Source: an uncultured delta proteobacterium (GTDB taxonomy: Bacteria; Myxococcota_A; Polyangia; Polyangiales; Polyangiaceae). From it: 64,000 nucleotides of DNA. Position 1 is the first letter of the stretch; the number at the start of each line of letters is the position of its first letter. The notes beneath the pieces are model-generated. The model had not been told where the DNA came from, did no database searches, and saw only the letters and a program-made list of their open reading frames with translations. The DNA is taken from assembly GCA_963696385.1 (NCBI GenBank), contig CAVOKF010000007.1:1312001-1376000 (forward strand), given 5' to 3'. Positions 52,230-63,563 of the stretch are shown piece by piece. The translations under genes were made by a program, and so were the position numbers.

Positions 52230-52537
52230 CTCTCCTTATCGTTGACGATACGCTTTTCGATTGGCTCAATATGTGGCACAATTCCTACGCTTGCCATGAC
52301 TTAAGGGCAGAGATCCATACTCTGCCGTTTCAACGCCCCCCGCCACCGCGGCGCTGAAATCTATAGTCATTTCTTCACTGACTTCGGGACATGACCCGTT
52401 TGAAACGCATGGCGCCACGCGGCCCTTTGGCTCTGTTCGACTATTGACAGGCGTAGATGGGAGGGATGACATGCCGGCAAAGCGGTCTGGGGTCGACGCC
52501 CGAGCCGTGGCCTCAACGTTCGGAAGGGGGCGAGTGC

Positions 52538-54064
<1,527 letters not shown>

Positions 54065-54072
54065 GCCTGACG

Positions 54073-55056
54073 ATGAAGCGCCCCCTCGACGGCTTGTGTC
54101 TCGCCCTGGCGCTCGCTCTCGCCTCGCCGCTCACCTCGGCGCAGACCGCGCCGGCGGGCCCCTCCGCGCACGATCGGCCCCTTGACAGCGTGCTTCAAGG
54201 GGCGGCGAAGGATGCGTACGTTTCGGCCCGGATCCTCTTCAACAACGGCGACTTCGCGGGTGCGGCCACCAAGTACGCCCAGGCGTACGATCTGTCGAGG
54301 GATCCGCGGCTGATCTTCAATCTCGCCATCTGCGAGAAAAACGCTCGCCACTACGCCCGAACGCAAGACTTGCTCGAGCAGTACGAGCGCGCGCTGGGCG
54401 CGCGGATCACGGCGGACGACCGAGCGACGGTCGACGCGGCGCTGGCGGCGCTTCGGAACCTGGTCGGAACGGTGCGGCTTGCGGTGACCGAGGCGGGGGC
54501 GTCGGTCTCGGTCGACGGCAAGTCTGTGGGCACGACGCCGCTCGACGCTCCGCTGCGGCTCGATCTCGGCGAGCACGCGCTCCGCGTGAAGAAGGCGGGG
54601 TTCGCGACGCACGATCAGACGGTGGAGGTCTCGGGGGGCAGCGAGACCGCCATGGCCATCACGCTGATGGCGGAGGCGCACGGGGCTCACCTCTTGGTCG
54701 TGGGCGAAGAGGACGCGACGGTGGCGATCGACGACAGGACCGTGGCCCAGGGGCGCTTCGACGGCCGAGTTGCGCCGGGCGTGCACACCGTGATCGTGAC
54801 GGCGCCGGGCAAGGTCGCATACAAGGCGGAGGTCGACCTGAAAGACGGCGAGACGCGCAGCGTGAACGTGACGCTCGAGAGCGACAACCACGGGGCCGCG
54901 GTCTGGCCGTGGATCGTGGGCGGGGTGGTGGTGGCGGCTGCCGGAGCGGCCGTCGGCGGGTACTTTTTGTTCCGGCAGCAGCCCGCGCAGGCGTCGGATC
55001 CGCCGGACAACCTGGGGTCGGCTCAACTTCCGCTCTCGGTGTGGGGGCGGCGATGA
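54073..55056 (+). CDS. TPR + PEGA domain membrane protein
   Basis: Signal peptide; TPR (YAQAYDLS...FNLAIC); PEGA (VSVDG..VGTTPL...GEH); C-terminal TM. Confidence 0.9.
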   Translation: MKRPLDGLCLALALALASPLTSAQTAPAGPSAHDRPLDSVLQGAAKDAYVSARILFNNGDFAGAATKYAQAYDLSRDPRLIFNLAICEKNARHYARTQDLLEQYERALGARITADDRATVDAALAALRNLVGTVRLAVTEAGASVSVDGKSVGTTPLDAPLRLDLGEHALRVKKAGFATHDQTVEVSGGSETAMAITLMAEAHGAHLLVVGEEDATVAIDDRTVAQGRFDGRVAPGVHTVIVTAPGKVAYKAEVDLKDGETRSVNVTLESDNHGAAVWPWIVGGVVVAAAGAAVGGYFLFRQQPAQASDPPDNLGSAQLPLSVWGRR

Positions 55057-57899
55057 TCGGGTCGACCCGGTCGAACGACCGAAGCCGCCGATCCGCCAGG
55101 TCGCGTGGGATCGGGTGGGCGCGTGCCCTACCATTGGCCGCGTGCATAGTGACCGTGGGGTCGGCGACGGGCGGATGCTCGAAACCCCCCGCGAAGCCCG
55201 TGGACGGCCTCGAGCTCGTCGTCTCGACCGAGGGGCTGAACGCCCCGCAAGACTTCGACGACATCAAGCTCGAGGTGAGCGACCAGGCGGACGGGGGAGG
55301 CTGGAACAAGATCTGGGACAACGACTACACGCTGCCCTCGACGGAGGTAACGCTGCCGGCGACCTTCACGCTGTTTGCGGGGCAAAGCCCCGACGAGGTG
55401 CTCATCGCCGTGACGGCATATCAGCACGGCCAGGGTGGGACCCCGGTGGTGCAGCGAGTCGCGCAAGTGCAGGTCCCGACCGACCGCCTTGCAGTGCTGT
55501 ACCTCGTCCTGGCGCAGCAGTGCGAGGGGCAAGTGGTCGAGGCCGGCGACGGGGGCGAGCCGATGTCCCTATGCGCGAGCGGAGAGAGCTGCCAGCCGAG
55601 CACGGGCGTGTGCGGGTCGAATATCATCCCGCCATCGGCGCTGCCGACGTATACGCAAGGGCAGAGTCTCGACGCGGGGCCCGACGGCGGGTTGGGCAGC
55701 GTGGTGGCCAGCATGCCGCCGAGTTCGGGCAGCTCAGCAACCAGCAGTTCGGCGTCAAGCAGCTCGGGAGCGGGGGGGACGAGCACATCCACGAGTACGG
55801 GCACCGGCACGTCCACCGGCACGGGCGCGGACGCGGGGCCGAGCGTCACCGGTACCGCCACGGGCACCGGTACCGGGTGCACGGATGCGTGCACCGCGGG
55901 TTTGACCGAATGTATCGACGCGGGCGTGCAGACCTGTCAGACCCAAGGCGGCTGCACGCAGTGGGTCGCGACGGTCACGTGCGGCAGTCACCAGACGTGC
56001 GCGGTCACTGGCGACATTGCCGCATGCGGTTGCACTTCGACGATCTGCACCACGACGGGAGCGGTGTGCCAGGACGCCCAGACGGTTGCGACATGCGCGA
56101 AGGACGCAAACGGTTGCCTCGACGTCGCGTCGACCGTGACCTGCACGTCTCCGGAGACCTGCGCAGCAGGCGATGGTGGCCTCGGCGCCGCGTGCTCGCT
56201 GACGTGCAGCAGTAGCTGCACCAAAGGGCAGGCGTCGTGCGTCTCGGGCGATCTGGCCACCTGTACGCAGGGGATCAACGGTTGCTCGGCTCTCGGCACG
56301 CCGGTCGCGTGCGGCGCCCACCAGAGCTGCACGGGAAGCGCTTTGGCGGCGACGTGCACGTGCAACCCGTCAACCGTTTGCATCGAGATCGGGACCGCGT
56401 GCGACGGGACCGGGACCGTCGCGACATGCGACAAGGACGCGAACGGTTGTTTCTTCGCTGCATCGACGCAAGCATGCGCGTCACCGGAGTCGTGCGTGGG
56501 GGCCCCGCCGAATGCGAAGTGCGCGCTCACTTGCACCAATAGCTGCACGTCGGGCCAGACGTTATGCGTCACGGGCGGCCTCGAGACGTGCACGCTGGGT
56601 ACCGACGGCTGCTGGGCGTACGCGCCGGCGGTGGCGTGCGGGGCGCACCAAAGCTGCACGACGAGCGCCGAGGTGGCGGCATGCACGTGCAACGTTAGCT
56701 CGACGTGCACGGTCGTGGGGAACGCGTGTGAGTCCACATCCACGTTGGCAACGTGCGCACAGGACGCGCAGGGGTGTTTCTTCGAATCGCAATTGACGAC
56801 GTGCACCAACGGCGCGTGCAGCGCTGGAGCGTGTTGCAGCAACGCGTGCACGATCGGAGCCGGTCAGTGTGTTCCGGGTGGGCTGGAGACGTGCACGCAG
56901 CAGCCGAATGGGTGCGCGGCATGGGGAAGTACTGAAGCCTGCCCGGCAGCGATGCCGAATTGCACCGCAGGAGCCTGCGATGCGCCGCCGAGTTGCCAAG
57001 TGAGTGCGGTGGGCACGACGAATTGCGGAACGGCCAGCGAAAGCTGTTGCACGAGTCTAGAGGTGACGGGCGGGACGTACGATCGGACGTACGCGAACAG
57101 CGGCACCGGACCGACGGGCGTAGCCGATCCGGCGATGGTGAGCGGGTTGCGCATGGACAAGTATTTGGTGACGGTGGGTCGTTTTCGGCAGTACGTGAAC
57201 TACCTTACGGGCAACACGGGCGCGCCGCCGGCGAACGGCAGCGGTATCCATACGCATTTGAATGGGGGGCGGGGACTGGCCAATAGCGGAGCTGCGGGGG
57301 CGTTCGAGACGGGCTGGGACGCGACGGACTGGGACACGTACATCGCCACGGGGGCTGGCGCGCCTAGCACGTGGAATACGTACCTGTCCGATTGCGGCCT
57401 ATCGAGCACGTGGACGATTTCCGCGGGCACTCATGAGAACCTGCCAATTAATTGCTTGGATTGGTACCAGGCCTATGCATTCTGTATTTGGGACGGGGGC
57501 TTTTTGCCCAGCGAGGCCGAATGGGAATACGTGGCGGCAGGCGGTAGCCAGGAGTTAGAATATCCGTGGGGTTCTACGGATCCCGGGACCAGCAGCCTGT
57601 ACGCAATTTACGAGAACGACGACATGACCGCGGCGGTTGGCTCAGCGAGCCTCGGCGCTGCCACTTGGGGCCAGCTAGATATGGCGGGCAATGTCGACGA
57701 GTGGAACCTCGATTGGTATGCAACCTACGTCGATCCGTGCGCAGATTGTGCCTACCTTTCCTCAACCTCCAATCGCGTGATCCGGGGCGGCAGTTGCGAG
57801 TCTACCGGCACGTCGCTGTTGCAGCCGCCCAGCCGCAGCGACGACTTTCCTGCAGATATCGAGGAGTGGATCGGGTTCCGGTGCGCCAGAAGGCCCTGA
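55053..57899 (+). CDS. Large lipoprotein with Cys-rich tandem repeats and a C-terminal FGE domain
   Basis: ATGA coupling to the PEGA gene; TGGC lipobox-like; about 3.5 repeats of ~105-110 aa; FGE motifs ending GFRCARRP. Confidence 0.92.
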   Translation: MIGSTRSNDRSRRSARSRGIGWARALPLAACIVTVGSATGGCSKPPAKPVDGLELVVSTEGLNAPQDFDDIKLEVSDQADGGGWNKIWDNDYTLPSTEVTLPATFTLFAGQSPDEVLIAVTAYQHGQGGTPVVQRVAQVQVPTDRLAVLYLVLAQQCEGQVVEAGDGGEPMSLCASGESCQPSTGVCGSNIIPPSALPTYTQGQSLDAGPDGGLGSVVASMPPSSGSSATSSSASSSSGAGGTSTSTSTGTGTSTGTGADAGPSVTGTATGTGTGCTDACTAGLTECIDAGVQTCQTQGGCTQWVATVTCGSHQTCAVTGDIAACGCTSTICTTTGAVCQDAQTVATCAKDANGCLDVASTVTCTSPETCAAGDGGLGAACSLTCSSSCTKGQASCVSGDLATCTQGINGCSALGTPVACGAHQSCTGSALAATCTCNPSTVCIEIGTACDGTGTVATCDKDANGCFFAASTQACASPESCVGAPPNAKCALTCTNSCTSGQTLCVTGGLETCTLGTDGCWAYAPAVACGAHQSCTTSAEVAACTCNVSSTCTVVGNACESTSTLATCAQDAQGCFFESQLTTCTNGACSAGACCSNACTIGAGQCVPGGLETCTQQPNGCAAWGSTEACPAAMPNCTAGACDAPPSCQVSAVGTTNCGTASESCCTSLEVTGGTYDRTYANSGTGPTGVADPAMVSGLRMDKYLVTVGRFRQYVNYLTGNTGAPPANGSGIHTHLNGGRGLANSGAAGAFETGWDATDWDTYIATGAGAPSTWNTYLSDCGLSSTWTISAGTHENLPINCLDWYQAYAFCIWDGGFLPSEAEWEYVAAGGSQELEYPWGSTDPGTSSLYAIYENDDMTAAVGSASLGAATWGQLDMAGNVDEWNLDWYATYVDPCADCAYLSSTSNRVIRGGSCESTGTSLLQPPSRSDDFPADIEEWIGFRCARRP

Positions 57900-57974
57900 T
57901 CGCAGCCGGAAACGGCTTTGGTGGCACTGGCGCGGGCATTCTTGATCGGTGAAGTGCGAGTGCCGGCACGTGCG

Positions 57975-58059
57975 TGGACGCGGTCGTCTCGGAGCGCAGC
58001 CCACAGGAACCCGACGAGCTCGCGTGCGATCGCGATGACGATCTTGTTACTGTTTTTGC
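57975..58059 (-). pseudogene. IS110-family transposase C-terminal fragment
   Basis: KNSNKIVIAIARELVGFLWAAL. Confidence 0.7.
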
Positions 58060-58153
58060 CAAATCGGTTCGCCGATTCAGCGATAACGAACGCCCCTAAG
58101 ACGCGATATGTTTCCGCGCCCGCTTCCGCGGCTCTTCGTCGACCGACGCACTT
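58060..58153 (-). repeat. 110-bp repeat, copy E (left-type), cut by the host intron
   Basis: CAAATCGG...CCCCTAAGACGCGATATGTTTCCGCG...GCTCTTCGTCGACCG matches copy A. Confidence 0.88.
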
Positions 58154-58197
58154 GTCGAGTAGCCCCGGGCGCTTACTGGCCCCGGGGCCCTCGCCGG

Positions 58198-60199
58198 GTA
58201 GGGTCGAGGACTGGCGCGGTGGCGTGCAGGGGGGCCAATCTGTTTCCGTCCCTTTCGGTTGACGGTGCCTCACTTGCCTCTCCATCGCTCCGTTTCCAGT
58301 CCCCGCCTCGTCCAACGGAGCAGGCGGATTTCCCGCACTCCGCTGTCCTGCCAGCTTCGCGCCAAGGTTTATGGGACCTATCGTGCTGGGAGCGCTTTCG
58401 GCATGTCCTGCCGCGGAGCCACTCGGTACCCATTGAAGAGCCCGAGCGTTCCGTAGAGCCATGACCTACTCCACCTCTTCCAGCCGAAACCGGGCAGGTT
58501 CCGGGCACGCATCAGATGTCGCCTCACCTTCTTCTCCACCCAGTCCTTGACGAAGCCGAAGCATCGGCTCGAGTGACCCACTCGAAAGTATTGCACCCAT
58601 CCGCGTAGAATCGGATTGATAATCTGCACCACCCGCTCCACCGGCTGGGACTGAAAACGTCGGAACACGTCCTTGAGCTTGCGCAGCAGCGCCGTCCGTT
58701 TCTTGCGTTGCGGCGTCAAATGCGGACGCCATTCACCGCGGAGACTGCGGATGCGACGAAAGTCAAAGCCGAGAAATCCGAAGCTCTCGTCTTTCGAGAG
58801 GTCCACGAGTCGACTCTTGTCTTCGTTGATTTCCACGTGAAGTTTGCTGAATTCTTCCCGGAGTCTACGGTTGACCGCCTGCAGCAACCAGGCATGGCGT
58901 CGGTAGGCGTCCACGAGGACCACAAGATCGTCAGCAAAGCGCGCATATTCGACATATGCGTACTTGCCTTCGGCCGTGACCTGTTTGGCGCGCTCGAGCA
59001 TCCTATCGACCTCATTGAGGTACAGGTTGCTGAGCACGGGTGAAATTACCCCGCCTTGGGGAACTCCCCTCTTACCGGATGCTTTGAGAATCATCGACAG
59101 GAGAGTCATGACCGCATCGTCGTTCACGCGCTTTGCGACTTTTTCGAGCAACACATGATGCCGAACGTTGTCGAAATAGGCTCGCAAATCGATGTCGAGG
59201 ATCCGGGTCTTATTCCTGACGACGGCCTCCGCTACCCGGCGGACCGCGCCATGCTGCGACCGCTTCGGGCGGTAGCCGTAGGACCCCGGTTGGAAGTCAG
59301 CTTCGAAAATGGGTTCCAGAATGAGCTTGAGTGCCCCCTGGACCACACGGTCGCGGATTGCAGGTATCGAGAGGACGCGAGTTTTGCCCCCATCCTTCGG
59401 TATCGCTTTCCGACGGTTCCGCATGGGTCGATACTGATGCGAGACTAGTTCGTCCCGTATCTGCCCGAGGAACTTCTCGACGCCGCTTGCCTCGATGGCC
59501 TCGAAGGTGACGCCGTCGATACCCGGCGCTCCATCGTTCTGCTTAACCATCTCGTAGGCGGCCTCAATCGTTTCCGTCTTGCAGACGTGGACGTACAGTC
59601 CCCAGAAACGCCAGGTTGGTTCAGCCTTCGCCTTCGCGTATATCCTCCGTCTCAGGTCCTGCAGACTAATAGGCGCCTTTATCATATCGCCCCTGCCTTC
59701 CGTTTCGTAAGAGGAATTACCAACAGCAGGGCCGCTTCGCTCCACGGGCATTACCCCGCTTCGACGCTACTACCGGCCCCTCCGCCACCCTTTCGCCTTC
59801 GGCCGACTTCCCGGGGTTGCCGGTTATACGACCTACCTTTTTCCGTCGATTTCTCGTCGGGGCGAGGAGGGCTTCTCCAGTTTCCAGCGCGTTCTTGTCT
59901 CCGTGCCGTCGCTACCACCCCGCCGGAGCGGTCCACCACGTCAACCAGTTTGTGGTGTGCCGTGCTGCCTTCGCCCTCCGGTTGAGGGCTCGGCCTCCGG
60001 GGTTTCTCCTTTTCGGGGCCACCTCTGCGTTCACTTTCGTTACGGCCCGGGGACTCGCTCACCATCCTTGCGATGGCTTTGTCAGTGGGCTTTAGGTCAT
60101 CGATTTCTCTCCTTCCTACCACTCAAGCTACGAGGCCTCTGGTTCTTAGCCTCGGTGGGACTGGCTCCCACAAAACGCGCCAGCCTTAGCTGGACGCAC
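58198..60199 (-). mobile_element. Group II intron I3 (class F-like), inserted in domain V of intron H
   Basis: 5' GTGCG at 60199; its own domain V GCGGAGTGCGGGAAATCCGCCTGCTCCGTT; long domain VI ending GACCCTAC. Confidence 0.92.
58378..59685 (-). CDS. ltrA: Group II intron RT/maturase of I3
   Basis: [38 protein letters not shown]. Confidence 0.95.
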   Translation of the reverse strand: MIKAPISLQDLRRRIYAKAKAEPTWRFWGLYVHVCKTETIEAAYEMVKQNDGAPGIDGVTFEAIEASGVEKFLGQIRDELVSHQYRPMRNRRKAIPKDGGKTRVLSIPAIRDRVVQGALKLILEPIFEADFQPGSYGYRPKRSQHGAVRRVAEAVVRNKTRILDIDLRAYFDNVRHHVLLEKVAKRVNDDAVMTLLSMILKASGKRGVPQGGVISPVLSNLYLNEVDRMLERAKQVTAEGKYAYVEYARFADDLVVLVDAYRRHAWLLQAVNRRLREEFSKLHVEINEDKSRLVDLSKDESFGFLGFDFRRIRSLRGEWRPHLTPQRKKRTALLRKLKDVFRRFQSQPVERVVQIINPILRGWVQYFRVGHSSRCFGFVKDWVEKKVRRHLMRARNLPGFGWKRWSRSWLYGTLGLFNGYRVAPRQDMPKALPAR

Positions 60200-60793
60200 A
60201 ACCGGACAAGGAGATTTCCACCATCCGGCTCTTCCGCTGAGCTGGCTCGTGGGTTACGTCCCCCAGATTCGGACCTTGATGCGGGGACGCGGGAGAGGAA
60301 GACGCTGCAGAAGCTCGTCATACTTTTCCCAGGTGAGGTGCGCTTGTTGGCTCCGACGGCGGAGCCACTTATACCAAACTCGCCTCGTCTCTTCGGCAAA
60401 CAGAAGCAGACTGCGAAAGTTGCCGCTGATGCCGAAATAGTTGAAGTGACCTTGGATGCGCCTCGTGAGCGCGGCGTGCTGCTCCTTGACCGGAAGGTGT
60501 CGATGGCGACGACACCAGTCCGCGACGGCTTGAATCGACCGTCGTAGGCGCGCACTCCGTGTCTTGCACGTCATTCCCCATCGACCGCTTCGGGAGCGCT
60601 GCCAGTACAGCGTGAATCCCAGAAAGTCGAAGGTGGCCGGACCCTTGCCGCCAACTTGCTCCGCCGGCGGACGCCGGAAGGGCAAGAGGCGGGTCTTGTC
60701 CGGGTGCAGGGTCAGCCCGAAACGCCCCATCCGCTTTCCCAGAACGTTCCATCACACGCTCCGCGTCGTCCTGATGTTCGAATGTCATCACGA

Positions 60794-62672
60794 GGTGAGT
60801 AGGCTGGGGGAATTTCACCCCCAGCCTCTCTCAGAACCGTACTTGAACGTCTCCGCTCATACGGCTCCCATCATCCAACCGCCGGCTTCAGCCCCAGCAA
60901 CTGCCAGTGCGCGAAAAGCCGAGGCTCGCGGCGACCGATGCCTCCGAGCCAATGCTCAGCTCGGCGACGGTGTCGTCGCAGCCTTTTGAATTTCCTCATG
61001 GCCCAACGGACGAGCAATCCGTTGAAGTGTCGGAAGACCGAGTGCAGGGCAGACTTGTAGAACCGACCGTAGTACTGGATCCAGCCCCGAAGGACTGGGT
61101 TCCACATGCGTGCCAAGTCGTCGATGGCCTTGTCGCTCCGCAGAGGAATCCGCCAGCGTCGCATTTCCTGTCGCATCCGCTTCGCCGCGTCGTTGCTGAC
61201 GGCGGGGGTGAAGTTCACGAAGAACTTCCCCCGCCGATTCTTCGACCGGCGAGGACGGAACGTGTACCCGAGGAAGGTAAACTTCTCCTCGGGATAGCGC
61301 CCCTTCCTATCGTCATCTTTGCAGTAGACGATGCGCGTCTTCTCGGGATGCACTTCCAATCGGCAGTGCGCGAGTCGACGCTTGATGTTCGCCAGGACCT
61401 GCTGTGCTTGCTTCTCCGTCTTGCAGTGCGCCACAATATCGTCCGCATACCTCTCGAACGGCACGTCCGGATGCGTTGTGCGCATCCATTCGTCGAACGC
61501 GAGATGCAAGAAGATATTTGCCAGAAGAGGACTCGCTACCCCGCCTTGCGGAGTCCCCTTCGTTCGCGGTACCCGCGTGCCATCCTCCAGTTGCACGGGG
61601 GCTTCCAGCCACCGCTTTACATAGAGAAGGACCCACGGGCACGGCGTGTACTTGCCGACCGCGCGCATTATCAGCGCGTGGTCGAGGTTGTCAAAGAAGC
61701 CTCGGATGTCCAGGTCGATGACCCAGTCGTATCGCCAGCATCGCTGCCGGGTCGCCGCCAGAGCATCGGCTGCAGACTTCCGTGGCCTGTACCCATAGGA
61801 ATCGGGGTGGAAATGCGGCTCCACTTCCGGTTCCAGATACATCTTGACGACCGTCTGGGCGACCCGGTCTGAAACGGTCGGTATGCCCAGACGCCTCTCG
61901 CCTCCGTCTTTCTTCGGTATCGCTACCGACCGAACGGGCGGCGGGAAGTACGTTCCCGACGACATGCGATTCCAAATCTTATAGAGGTTGTTCTTCAGAT
62001 TCTTCTCGAACTCCTCGATGGACTCGGAATCGACTCCGGCCGCTCCGCCGTTCGCCTTCACCCGCTTATACGCTTCCCACACCGCCATTTTGGAAATGCT
62101 ATACGGCTTGGCTTGGCTCGGCGGCTCCTCCCGCTTCCGCGGTTGACCGTCGATACAAGCCGAATGACGCGACCCCCTCGCTCCATCGGGTTTCCCCGGC
62201 TTCTCCGCTACTACGGGCCGCTCCGCCCCTGTGCCTCGCATCGGTACTCTCATCCTCGTGGGGCCTCCACTTGGACTTCTCCCTTAACATCGAGGCGACA
62301 GGTTCCCACGTTCCACACAAGGGCCTGGTCTCGGTTCACGCCACCTTTATGCCGGATGCCGCCCAGGCCAGCTGCAGGTTCCTCCTGGGCTTGTCCCGGG
62401 CAAACGACTCGTCCCGGTTTTGACATCGTTCCTACGCTTTCGACACGTTTCCGGTGGTTCATTCGCTTCGTCTCCCGAGGCCTCACCTGACGCGATCATC
62501 GCCGCGCCTTTTCCATCGACGCGCACCACCCCGGCTCTTTACCGGAGCAGCTCGTGGTGGTTTGGAGCCGGTGCCTGCCGACCGACCCGAGGGGCCTACC
62601 CTCATCCCTTGTGCAGCAAGGCAGCGTTTTAGTTGACCATTTCGGTCTCCCTTCCGCGCCGTCGTGGCGCAC
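60794..62672 (-). mobile_element. Group II intron I2 (class D, RmInt1-like), inserted immediately after the YADD codons of H
   Basis: 5' GTGCG at 62672; domain V GAGCCGTATGAGCGGAGACGTTCAAGTACGGTTC; 3' end CCTACTCACC. Confidence 0.94.
60871..62253 (-). CDS. ltrA: Group II intron RT/maturase of I2
   Basis: KPYSISKMAVWEAYKRVKANGGAAGVD, GTPQGG, RYADD, PRLFAHW. True start probably near 62130. Confidence 0.95.
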   Translation of the reverse strand: MRVPMRGTGAERPVVAEKPGKPDGARGSRHSACIDGQPRKREEPPSQAKPYSISKMAVWEAYKRVKANGGAAGVDSESIEEFEKNLKNNLYKIWNRMSSGTYFPPPVRSVAIPKKDGGERRLGIPTVSDRVAQTVVKMYLEPEVEPHFHPDSYGYRPRKSAADALAATRQRCWRYDWVIDLDIRGFFDNLDHALIMRAVGKYTPCPWVLLYVKRWLEAPVQLEDGTRVPRTKGTPQGGVASPLLANIFLHLAFDEWMRTTHPDVPFERYADDIVAHCKTEKQAQQVLANIKRRLAHCRLEVHPEKTRIVYCKDDDRKGRYPEEKFTFLGYTFRPRRSKNRRGKFFVNFTPAVSNDAAKRMRQEMRRWRIPLRSDKAIDDLARMWNPVLRGWIQYYGRFYKSALHSVFRHFNGLLVRWAMRKFKRLRRHRRRAEHWLGGIGRREPRLFAHWQLLGLKPAVG

Positions 62673-63563
62673 AGTCGTCCGCATAACGCACGAGGTGAGC
62701 TTCCCCGCGCAGACGCGGCTTGACATCGCGCTCGAACCACAGGTCCAATACGTAGTGGAGATAGACGTTGCCGAGTATCGGCGAGAGCACGGACCCTTGC
62801 GCTGCGCCCGTGTCCGGCTCGGCGTATTCCGAGCCGTCGAGCACCCCAACGTGCAAGCACTTGCCAATCAGCCGCATCAGCGACCCATCGGCCACCCGAA
62901 TTTGGAGCATCTCCTTCAGCTGGGTGCGATCCAAGCTGTCGAAGAAGGACACGACGTCGGCCTCCAAAATCCAGCTCACCTTACCCTGATGCGCAATACG
63001 GTCGAGGGCTCGAATGGCGTCATGGGCACCGCGACCGGGCCGGAAGCCGTACGAGCATTCCAAAAAGTCCTGCTCGTATATCGCCTCCAGCACTTCGCGT
63101 AGGGCGTCCTGGACCAACTTGTCCTCGTACGCAGAAATCCCAATCGGCCGTGTCTTGCCCCTTTCCTTTGGGATGTGAACACGCCGGATTGGCTGATGGC
63201 GATACTGCTTCGCCACCAACCGCTCGTGCAGGCTTCGGAGATTTTCTTCCAGGGCCTGCCCGTACTGCTCCTTCGTGACCCCATCCACGCCGACCGCCGC
63301 ATCGTTGCGCATGCGCTTGTCGGCTCGCATCAAGGCGGGCACATCGATAAGATGTGCCAGCGAGTGGAACCGTCCTTCGGGCTCCCTTTTCGCTCGCTCC
63401 ACTACCTTCAATAGTTTCGGTGACATGTCTTCCAACGTCGATGCGTCGGGCATGGTTCCGTCCTGAAGTTCAACTCAGCACGGGCCGCCTTTGCTCGGCC
63501 GGGTCCGGGGTGCCAATCCGTTCCCCGACGTCCACGCTCGTATGCGGCCCTCCGACTCCCCCG

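Larger units (their letters stand above)
60254..63453 (-). pseudogene. ltrA: RT/maturase of host intron H, split by I2 and carrying a frameshift at ~60748
   Basis: N-terminal part 63453-62673 (GAAQGSVLSP, RYADD); C-terminal part 60793-60254 (GLTLHPDKT, FDFLGF, IQGHFNYFG). Confidence 0.9.
58154..63563 (-). mobile_element. Host group II intron H (class E-like), in pieces 62673-63563, 60200-60793 and 58154-58197; 5' part lies beyond the IS21
   Basis: Rejoined RT reads RYADD-FVMTFEHQDDAERV; rejoined domain V/VI reads GAGCCGGATGGTGGAAATCTCCTTGTCCGGTT|CCGGCGAGGG...GGCTACTCGAC. Confidence 0.92.

Noticed and set aside
57960..58153. IS110 bridge-RNA system
   Set aside because: Only about 25 C-terminal codons of the IS110 gene remain. 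The adjacent repeat replaces coding sequence and occurs elsewhere without IS110.
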